The notes under the pieces are model-generated. The model was not told where the DNA came from. It did not search any database and was given only the letters and a program-made list of their open reading frames with translations. A program made the translations under genes and the position numbers. Shown piece by piece: positions 1 through 9,976 of a stretch of 38,707 bases of DNA. This DNA comes from Parasitella parasitica NRRL 2501. Lineage: Eukaryota; Fungi; Mucoromycota. Where the stretch lies: positions 6,724-45,430 of the forward strand of contig MU619382.1 in the NCBI GenBank assembly GCA_025201805.1, in the 5' to 3' direction. Each line of letters begins with the position of its first letter. Positions within the stretch are counted from its first letter, which is position 1.

Positions 1-207
1 ATAATGTCTAAGGCTCGTGTCGAGATATAAGTATCAGTCTATAGCGTCATCCATCCTAATGGTGCCATCTCTAGCTTATATCTTATATAGTATAAATCTG
101 TATTGCACATCTTATTATCTGTGCGCATATGTAGTTTATATCAATTTAAGGTAACTGGATGAATCTAGAAGTGGAATGCAGATCATCATGGTGAATGTAT
201 TTCACAC

Positions 208-1688
208 ACTCATTTAGAGCAAAAAAAAAGGCTGTAGATTGAATCTCAGCATTGTGTGTCCATTTGGCCCAAACGAGATTCTCAAAAATCTTGCATTCTT
301 CGTTGCTAGATATCTCAAGGACGTAATAAGTATATCGGATATGAGTTCTAAGTGCTTTATCACAAAAAATAAATTCTGCATCCAACCATATAGATTACAA
401 GGCTATAGAAACACTTTTTCTCATTACCATTTTTCAAATATTCAAAAAATGCCCTTTTTGATAGTTTTTGAGTAAAATCAAGCATATTTTGAGCATATCC
501 AGCTCTATAAAGTTGACCAAACAAACAATCATGTCGATACCTATACATCCATACCTTGTTTACAACTGTGGCTTTGTTTTTTCTGCCAAAAACCAAAATC
601 TTGTCTCGATCAAAATGAATCTACGATTTTCCGGCCCTATGTTTAGAGGGCCAAAATGAAGCCTTTCAAAAAAAGGGGAAAAATCGATTCCGTTTTTTGA
701 GATTTTCTCACTCAAAATTCTTTATTTTTTGACCAAACAAAAACCTTTCGGGAGCTATGTTGTAGCTCTATTTGTGTATTGCTATATCATGTATCTTTAT
801 GTACCATTTATTACCCTGAAAGGTATGAAAATAAGTAAAGCCTCTGCTGAAAACATATGAAAATTTTTTTTTTAAACATATCTATCTAAAAAATAAAAAA
901 CCTAGTAGAAAACCAGGTTTCAAAAAGATTTTAATAATCACTCAAGCCAAAGTGTCATAGTAGTTTTTTGAGAAACAGAGGAACAAAGTTTAACGTAAAA
1001 AGACAAAAATGGCCCAAGCTTGTCGAATTCGAGTCTTACTACAGCATATATAATATCAGTAGGTGTACCAAAAAGTGCTTTATTACTTTACTTAGGAACT
1101 TAAACAGGGTCTAATTGCAAAATATGGTGCTTGTTATAGGAATATATGCTGAAAAATCTGCAAAATCTGCAAAATTTAGTTTTGGCAATATCTCGACAAC
1201 AAAGATACATATCTAGAATCGGAGGACGTATTGAGGTAAAGTTATCATACTAGTATTAGCCTGTACTCTTAGTTTGGACCTCAAATCCGTACCTGAAAAT
1301 GACCCTGAAGGTCAACCCAAAGTTGAAAACTGAAAATCGAATATGAGGTTTGGGCTCCAAACATAGGAAAATTTGAAAGATGGCCAGACGTGCATAAAAG
1401 TCGGATATGTTGTAGAAGGCTGTAAAAAAAGAAGATTTTGGCTGAAGGTTGTATCTTTATCGCTTAATAGTTTGTAAAGATATCAGAGATTGTAGGTTAT
1501 TCTTTTAAGCGGGGAGCAAAAGGTGATAGTCAGATTAGGTGGCATTTATTCTAACCATAACATAAAGCTACATAAAAATAGCTTTTAAAGTTATATTTTA
1601 CAGCATCTTGGCTATTGATTCATCTTAAGATATAACCAGATTACTCATGGAGTTCATGCTTTGCTCTTCAATTGAAATAGGTGCTTCA
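208..1688 (+). repeat. ~1.48-kb non-coding repeat unit, single monomer (putative non-autonomous mobile element or satellite unit)
   Basis: Colinear along its whole length with 23973-25460 and with 25461-26552. For example, GGCTGTAGATTGAATCTCAGCATTG occurs at ~230 and ~24003, and GAATTCGAG at 1025, 24796 and 26274. One 60-bp sample (481-540 vs the array copy) has 8 mismatches. No conserved long ORF. Confidence 0.92.
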
Positions 1689-2331
1689 CTGCAACTTGCG
1701 CTAATATCTCCAAAAATAATGTTATAACATTGCATATTTTTGTTAAATGTTTTTTGTCAACCTTTGAATTCTGCATCAAACTATATAGGTTATTAAGCTT
1801 AAAAAATACCTTTCCCATTCCAAATGGTCTTGCTCTTGCGATTTTTGATGTTTTCGTTTCGGCAAAAACACCTTTTATTCTGAGTAGATACAGAGGCATG
1901 GAGTCGACCAATCAATCCACCACATCAATATGCTGATTATATTCATAGTTTTACTATTTCTGTTAATAATTGAAATCTCGTTTCGGCTGGAATGAATCTC
2001 TTCCGTTTTTCCCTATGGTTTTATGGGTGGAATAAGTCGCCAGCTTTAATCTAGAACGCTTTAATGGAGTAAGAGTAGAAAATAATACGTTTTTTAACGA
2101 AAATATTAAGCGGATATACATGAGGGTTATTTCGATATGAGTAACGTTTTTTTCTAAAGGGAATTAAATAAAGAGGCTACAAGCGATTATAACATGGAGA
2201 ACGTATGGTCTTTATTAATGATTGAAAAAGGAAGCCAGGATTGCCCTGGTCCTGGTTTCTAACACTATCATTGGAATGTCAGTGTCAACCTCCAGTTAAT
2301 AGGCAAAAACCGACAATTATAGCTATATTCA

Positions 2332-3075
2332 GATGTGACACTTCTCTACAAGATTGCTAGTAAAAAGCCAGTTTCTGCTGGTCAGCCACCTCAACTTCAA
2401 CTACGCAAGCGACCAGACACAACAGAAAGTTTCAATGATTATCAGATCTCGGGATGAAGGCGTATCAACGGAAACAATTATATACTAAATTTGGGATTTA
2501 TACTATTTAGAGAGTCATTCATGAATACAAAGAGTCAGTATCTCAAGCATCATGAATTCCATACGACGAAAACATGACGAACCAGCGATCTCGAAAGCCA
2601 TCTGGATTCCCTGATGGCTTACAACAATTTATCTGGTGCTGAACGTTATAAATTCCCTAAAATCATGTTTAATCCTTGTTACATATGTTCGGTAAGATGC
2701 AATTTGAAGCAAGTTTCAATCAAGATAATCATTTAGTTATTTTTTTTTAGCCTGGAAAAAAAATCGCAGCCTATTTCTTCATCTGGTCTCACAAGAAGCC
2801 AACTACAACACACCGTAGACGTATCAAATCTTGTTTTCAATAGTATCAATGCGTGCGACACCGATCTACGTATTTTGCTGTTCAACAATGTCGTTGTTGC
2901 AGGTAGAAACACACTTTTTTGGGATTACAGAGAGATTAAGCAAGGAATTACCCATAATGATACCAGGAGTAAATGGCTGTTGATTACAATATTAATTAGG
3001 GAGAATGCTGATGATTTGTATAAACAGGGAAATGTCATGGTCCATGCTTTTGAAGCCAAATCGAACGTAGTCATT
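2332..3075 (+). pseudogene. ARP4: Decayed, intron-retaining internal/C-terminal fragment of nuclear actin-related protein Arp4 (ACTL6/BAF53 family)
   Basis: Manual splicing and translation gives VTLLYKIASKKPVSAGQPPQLQLRKRPDTTESFNDYQIS | RVIHEYKESVSQAS*IPYDENMTNQRSRKPSGFPDG(fs)YNNLSGAERYKFPKIMFNP | ...VSNLVFNSINACDTDLRILLFNNVVVAGRNTLF(fs)..TERLSKELPIMIPG | GNVMVHA. These match Arp4 motifs (HEYKESVC, FPDGYN, ERY..PE.MF.P, CD.DLR..L..NVVVTGGNTLF, TERL). Introns lie at 2452-2510 (donor degenerate, GGATGA), 2692-2750 and 2969-3027. In-frame stop at 2553-2555, several frameshifts, no N-terminus. Confidence 0.85.
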
Positions 3076-3300
3076 AGGAATTCACAAGCTGATTCTTATT
3101 TTGCACAACTCATAAATCATTGTGCAGATCCAGCCGCCAACAAAAGCTTCTATTGTTTTTTTTTTTTTTTTTTTTTATTAATAAAATCTAACTTATTTTT
3201 TGGCATGATCATACAGTTTACTGGGAAGATGGCTTCGATCAGAGTCACAGACATTGTCAATCTTAATTATATGCGGTACAGTATGCATTTCTGGCTATAC

Positions 3301-3677
3301 GGAAATAAGAGGAGCCTTTCCCCAGAAGAAGCCGCACATGCAGGCAAATATTTCATTGCAAATGACTAGCGAGATTGGGATAAAAAAAAGAACCAGATCA
3401 ACCCCTCTAGGATGTTATTGACGATTAAATGGCTTTAGAAAACCACAAGTAGCAAAGCCATGTGCATCCAGCCCAACTGACGGATTCGTTGCTTACACTG
3501 GCTCTTTTTCAGATTACCAACAAAGAACACAAATACAATGACGTAGAGTACAAAGCTGATGAATCGATGGTGAGTCGCAAATGGTAGAAGGGCTCTATCA
3601 ACCGAGACAATTTGCTGAAAGTAATAGATGATGGATTCGCCGTAAAGGAAATAGCTTGTAGTTACTAGAAAGCACCA
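3301..3677 (-). pseudogene. CDS1: Decayed internal fragment of phosphatidate cytidylyltransferase (CDP-diacylglycerol synthase)
   Basis: The minus strand reads WCFLVTTSYFLYGESIIYYFQQIVSVDRALLPFATHHRFISFVLYVIVFVFFVGNLKKSQCKQRIRQLGWMHMALLLVVF*SHLIVNNILEGLIWF(fs)IPISLVICNEIFACMCGFFWGKAPLI. This matches the eukaryotic CDS core (YFLYGE, HHRFISF.LY, QSH.I.NN..EG.IWF, VICND.FAY..GFF.G.TPLI). Stop at 3435-3437 where Gln is expected, and a frameshift in the A8 run at 3382-3389. Confidence 0.88.
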
Positions 3678-4498
3678 ACATTTGGCATTCAAAAAACAGT
3701 TAAAGGAGATTGGATTGCCAGTAATATCAAGTTCCACGAACAAATACGAGGGAAACATATGCAAAGTATGCTAAGAAAGCAAGGTTTTTTTTTGTCTATT
3801 TGGTGGATATGTAGTAAATAAACTGGCAATGGAAGCTCCCATGGCCTGCTTTTTCGCAAGTAGTGTTTCCTTTATCCCTGGAAGGATAAATAAGCCATAC
3901 TTGTATATTCCGTAGTTCGATTAACGGTTTGATGTTACATCCATTGATAAGTGCTTCTTCAAAAGACGACTTTAGTGAACCGATGACAAGACGAACCAAG
4001 AAGCGGTTACTGCCGTGGGGTATCTAAGATTTCGGACAAAATATCCAACAAATCTATCAAATGGAAAACTTTGATAATCTAAGTCGAGAAGCTTGAGCGA
4101 GGGAATGTGAAAGGAGTAGAGCCCAATGATCAAGATTTCCAAGACATCACGCCTCTTAATTGACAAACGATTCTTTTTATTTGATTAAAAAAGGACCCAT
4201 CTTAAAGTCGAGCTAAATTGCTATCTAAAAGAGACTATATCAACTTGAGCACGGAAAGGAATGTCGTTGCTAGTGTCAGTGTAACCCTTAAATAGCATTT
4301 GTGCACCAAAAATGCAACGAGACAAGCTAATAAAGTATCAGACTTGCTTTAAAAGTTAATAATGTAACTGTTATATAGGATGACATACAGGAATCGGAGT
4401 CAATGATCAATTTAACACTTTAATTGTGGGGTTGTGCATCCTATCAGCCCAGTAGGATGTAAGAAATGCTCCCGGTTCAGCTTGACTTGCAGAGACAG

Positions 4499-4534
4499 CC
4501 AATGAACGAATCATACAACCAATGTGTATATAAA
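4499..4534 (+). promoter_or_regulatory. Candidate core promoter of the SET gene: two CCAAT boxes and a TATA box
   Basis: CCAAT at 4499-4503 and 4519-4523, and TATATAAA at 4527-4534, about 65 bp upstream of the ATG at 4600. Confidence 0.45.
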
Positions 4535-4599
4535 CGCTGGCAAGATTTGCACATCATTGCATGTGCAAGCGTCTTCTTCTTTCCTCTTCAAACTTCTTA

Positions 4600-5245
4600 A
4601 TGCCCAACACTATTCCTGAAAGCTACAATGGCGATATAATTATCAATGGCAAGCCTTCGCATCCCAACGATTTCAAGGTTGTTCGTCAAGGCCCACCGGA
4701 ATCATTTTCTTCCAAGCTTGTCGCTGAGCGTGTATTTGTGAAGGGAGCCGTCATTGCAACGTTGAAGGGTCTTACTCCTGGTATTAAGCGCTATTCTACT
4801 GTCCAAATCTCTGAAACTGAGCACATTGAACTGAATAGCGACCTTGTCTTTATGAACCATTCTTGTAATCCCTCTACTATCATGGATGTGGACCGTATGG
4901 TTGTATCTGCTACCACAGATCTTGCTGCTGGCGATGAACTGACTTTCTTTTATCCTTCGACTGAATGGGATATGGGTAAGTGATGTACACAATCCAAATT
5001 CTTGTTTTGTTGACTAAATTATGAGCTGTCTACATGTATAGCTCAACCGTTTGCTTGTTGGTGTGGCTCTTCAAAGGTAAGTCTATGCGAGTACGTGCGC
5101 ATGAATGTGTAGATTAAAATTGGTTGACGCTCTTGCTTAGTGCATTGAAACTGTTCAAGGTGCTCAATACCTTTCCACAGAGTCTTTGAGCAAATTTGAA
5201 TTAAGTAACCATATCAAAAAGCTCATTCAAGCTCGTGATGCGTAA
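4600..5245 (+). CDS. Small SET-domain + post-SET protein (putative lysine methyltransferase), ~171 aa, 3 exons
   Basis: Exons 4600-4975, 5042-5076 and 5141-5245 with GT-AG introns. SET signature motifs FMNHSCNPS and GDELTFFYP; post-SET FACWCGSSKC is assembled across exons 2-3. An in-frame ATG at 4561 is an alternative start. Confidence 0.9.
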
Positions 5246-5429
5246 GCTGTGATGTATAATAAAGATGATGTATATTTGCCATTTTATTCGTATCAGAGCT
5301 CAAAGCTAAGCAAGCTTACCAGGAAAAAATATATGTATATATTATAACGAACTTCATTTTTATTGATTGNNNNNNNNNNAAAAAAAAAAACCAAAAAAAA
5401 CCAAAAAAAAACCAGAAATGAAACGAAAA

Positions 5430-8400
5430 TTATACAAAAGCAAAACCAGTAGAGCATTCACTGATGGCTTTAAAAAGATTAGCACGCAAGTTTTCGTATG
5501 AATCGTACTGGGGTAGGTCTACTTGGTTGAAACTAATATAAAACGTTAGTAAAAAAATGGCCGTGGTATTTTGGTTTACTTGTCACTTACCATGTATGTG
5601 CTGATGGAAGACGGTTCTCCCCACCAAAATCTTTGTGGATTTGGAATTTTTGTACGCCACTCGAGCCTTGAAGCTGGCTAAACCCTTCTAAAGGCACTTT
5701 GGAGGTACCAGTGGCAAATTGAAGTAGTTTAGCACGCTCTTCTTGATCGAAACTTCTAACAGCGCGCCAGAACCATTGAATGGGAGGAGACGACGCAGCG
5801 TAGCCCTGATATTCAGTATTGTTCTTCCAATCATCAATATCGATGTCTGGCAAGCCAGAAATCAGCAATTCTAATTCTTGTTCGTTGAAGATTTGAATCA
5901 AAGGAGCAGGGATCACATCATGGAAACCTTGAACAAAAGCATTGATTTGATCCTTGATTGCAGTCGTCAGCTTTTGTTCAGTGACTAGTGTGACATACTC
6001 GTGCTTGTTGGCCTCGGTCACTGGGATATTCCTGCCATCAGGCTTCAGATCCACAGTTTCATTGGTGCCGAAAAAGTCGGTCTCTATACTAAATGTCAAG
6101 TCGATAATATCGGTAATGTCGTTATCCAGCATCCACACTAAACTCTTGTAGTACTCGGGATCTAAAGCTTCAACGTCACGATAATCCACAGTACGTCCTA
6201 GGATGTGCTTGTAGAATGAACGAGTAAAGTAAGCATCCAACAAACGGCCATCGTAGATAGCTTTGCCAATGACACGGCCGACAAACTTGAAGAAGCTCAA
6301 ATGGTCTGGATTGACAGCAGAATCGCGATTGGGTTGGTAGGTCAACTTGTCGGCAGCAGATGTAATGAACAGAGCATAGTTGGGATCAAACATTTGACGG
6401 GCCAGTACAGAGAACCACTCACGGGTGACGCCACCAGCATCGACGCCCTCTTCATCGTAGAATCGAACTGCCAGTTTGCCGTTCTTGATTTCTTCGCCAG
6501 TGCGGCCTTGAAGTTGATGATAGGAGTCTTCAAAAACGTATTGACGACGCACATTCAACTGCAGCATAGCGTAATTTTCACGCGGTGTTGTACGTTTGTG
6601 CAATTGCTGAACAAAATAGTTTCGCTTGTTGTCAAACTCAAGCATCTTGGGATTACGAACCAACAAGGCAAATGATCCACTCATGAGTGTTGGATTGTTG
6701 CGTACCATGATATTCAAAACTTTCTTGTGCTTCTCTGTGAACGCAAAGAAGAAGCACTCGGAAGGAGCAGATGACAGAGATACCTGTTGCTCAGTAGCAG
6801 GCGTGGACGCCTTTTCATAAGCATTGATTTGGCCCTTTTCCGCAGTGCATTTAGAGACAACCATAAAAGATTCAATGAGAGGTAGCAACACAGTAGCAAC
6901 GTTGATCAGATCCTCCTTTTCGCGAATGACAGATAGGCACTTGCCAAGGTTCTTCCACAGAGGCAAAAAGTTGAGATCCTCATAGATTTGAAGCATGCGC
7001 TTTTCGTTCTTTGCTTGGATGAGTTCACTACTGGACTTGCTGTCTGCTGCTGCTGTGCTGGCGCTCTTGCGGGAAAACATATAATCCAATGTCTTTAGGA
7101 CGCGCAATAATTTGGCCTGATAAGATGTAGCAGCAGAAAAGGGAGCGAGGATAGTGCTGCTGATCTCTGTGCCGGCCATGGCAGTTTCCAGCACATCCAG
7201 CAAACTTTCAAGATCCTTCAAGATTTGGGTTCCTGATTGCTTGGCATCTTCAACAAGTTCATTGACAATTGTTTGCTGAGCACCATCCAAGGCAGACAAA
7301 TGGGAAATAGCGTTCAAAGTGTATTGGAACGTCTTGCTGGAGCATTCACCGTTTGTCAAAACATGAACAACCAATTTGAGATAATAGTCAGGAATGGTTG
7401 GTGGTTTTGGCATAGGTCTTTCGGATGAATTGGGGTCCTTTTGCTTGTTTTCTACCTTTTCTTGATACTTTTTAACCAGAACGGGGAATGGACGGCACAT
7501 GGTAGACAGTAAATCCATCAATTGCTCCATCAAAGTCGAGTTATTGATAAAGACAGGGCGATCCAACAAACTCATCAAGACTAGAATAGGATATTTGTTC
7601 CAGCTGTTGGGCACTTTTTCCTTACTTTTACCCTTTCTGCTAGACAAGGAGCGCTTCAAACTAACCAAAGATTCACTCTCAGTCAAAAAGTATGTCATGG
7701 ATTGTTCATTACAAGAGACAATGTAGGTCAGAGCTTCCAGACAGCGTTGAGCAATAAAGTTGGGCACGTTGTCAGTAATAGTTGCATTGGCATTGGCATT
7801 ACTGCTGTTGCTATTCTTGCTGGCTTTGGATTGACTTGTTTTGCCAGTCTTGCCAGAAGCAGAGAGAAGAGCAAAACTAGTATCAACAGAGGCCAAATCG
7901 TTGTTTCCGTCATACAGCACACACACAAGGTATGATAACAGGTCGCTACGGGTTTTGCTGTTCTCGCACAAATTGAGGAGCAACCGGTTCAGCAATGATT
8001 TCGAGATGGTCTGAGGAACAAACAGCAATCTGACCAATGTGCCAAGTTGTGCTTTCTCGACTAATTGCGCGGCACTGTCTTGACGACGAGCCTTGGCCTT
8101 CTTTTTAGGAGCCTTGGAATCGTCTTCCGCAGGGGCAGGTCTTCTACGCGATGCAGTAATGTTATCTATTGTATAATCAGTATATAGCGCTTCTTATTAT
8201 TAAAATAAAAAATGCATCATCATATTTCAAAAACTTACCAGGTGCCGATACACCATTTGTAGCGCCAGTGTTTCCAGAAGTAGCAGTGGAAGCCATTGTG
8301 TTGTTTGCAGGTGCTTGTCTATTATGTCTTTCTCGTCTCTCGCGTTCAATTGCCTCTTGACGGATTACTTCTTGCCGAATATCAGGAGGAAGAGCTTCCA

Positions 8401-9932
8401 AAAATTCAGGACTAATAGAGTCATCTTCGGCAGGCTGTGGTGGAGCAGGTCTATCGCGCAAATGTTGGTTCAATACCTCTTCCCTCAAATCATCAGGTAA
8501 TGCCTCCAAAAATTCCTTGTCGATGCCAGTGTCAGAGATATCAACAGGCTCGCCACGTATAGTTACAATCGTTCGTTCGGCATCAGCAGTAGCTGAGGTT
8601 TCGGCAGTGGGGTTCTCCGTCTCGCTTTTGGCTTCAGCATCTGTACTTTCTGTTTCAGGTTTTGCTTCATCAGTAGCAGGTCTCGACGTTTCAGCAGTTG
8701 TGGCAGCAGCAGCAGCGGCAGTAGTAGCAGCAGCAGCGGCGGCGGCGGCTTCAGCGGCTTCGGCTGCTTCCATTTCTGCCTTACGAGCCTCTTTTGCAAG
8801 GCGCCATTTCTCTTCTTCAGCTTTGCGACGATCTTCTTCTTCCTTGCGTCTTTGTTCTTGGCGCTTTTTCTCCTCTTCAGCGCGAGCCTTTTTATCATCT
8901 TCAATGGCAATGGGGATCAAGATGTTGAGCAATGTGTTGACAAGTTTCAATGCTTTATCGCCAAGATTAGCCCCATACATCATACGGCCTTCTTGGTTCC
9001 AACGTTCACCAGAAGACATGGGCTGGAAATCATGCAGAATAGCTAAGCTTTCTTGCACCTGATCACTGGAAGAGCCAGTGCCGCCAGCAGCAGCGCTAGA
9101 GAGATGTGTGTGGCCACCCATACCTGACAAATGCGGAACTCTATCAAACTCAAATGTGCGCAACACACCGCCAGGACCTGCTTGCACATCGACTCGTAAT
9201 GGACCCGCTTGGCTAGCAGAGGGAGCATGTGTCAAGAGGTCTTCCAGCATGCGGACTGCGCTACCTCCAATGATATCTTCAAAATCTTGCCAGTTGCTTA
9301 AACCCGGACCATGGCTTCTGCGGGAGAAGGCTTCATCAATCATACTGCGTGCAGCATTACCACCAGTATTTTGATTTCCGGTATTGTTGGATAATAGAGG
9401 ATGAGTGATGATATCTTCTTGACCTTGCGCATTGCTTTGATTTCTGAATGATCGACCCACTTNNNNNNNNNNNNNNNNNNNNNNNNNNNNNNNNNNNNNN
9501 NNNNNNNNNNNNNNNNNNNNNNNNNNNNNNNNNNNNNNNNNNAAAAAAAAAAAAAAAAAAAAAAAAAAAAGTGTTAAAGAATAGTAATCTACGACATAAG
9601 CTTACAGGACATACCTCCTTCCAATAAATTGCGTCTGCCATTGTTAAAACGTCTTCTGAGCACAGCAGGTATAATTGAACGAGGCCGCTCCAATTCATCG
9701 CCCTCCATGACTAGATCATCGTGCAAATCAGTTGGTAAAAAGGGAGTATCCAGGTCTTCAGAATCTAAAATCATGCCGTCTTCCAAGTCATTGTCTGAAT
9801 CGTTGTCCAAGTTTTCCGAGGCATCGTCGAAATCTGACAAAGCGTCCATGTCATCCTCCTACATAGTATGAATATTAGATAACTGGAAAGAGTGCCCTCC
9901 TCATCATATGCACATATACATGTATATATGCA

Positions 9933-9976
<44 letters not shown>

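Noticed and set aside
468-659. Similar short ORFs in the repeat copies (468-659, 24242-24445, and others)
   Set aside because: The similarity simply reflects the DNA repeat. Starts are non-ATG, frames and stops differ between copies, and the third copy is interrupted.
2875-3369. 164-aa ORF as a real gene
   Set aside because: It is a chance read-through of an ARP4 pseudo-exon, an intron, a poly-T tract and the antisense of the CDS1 fragment.
5533-5592. HECT ORF ends in SAHTW, suggesting loss of the catalytic cysteine
   Set aside because: Intron 5533-5590 splits the codon TG|T. The spliced product reads HTCFNQVDLP, so the catalytic Cys is intact.
8517-9062. Long antisense ORFs over TOM1 and the IQ gene (e.g. 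8517-9062, 31912-32577)
   Set aside because: They are shadow ORFs of low-complexity, codon-biased coding sequence on the opposite strand.
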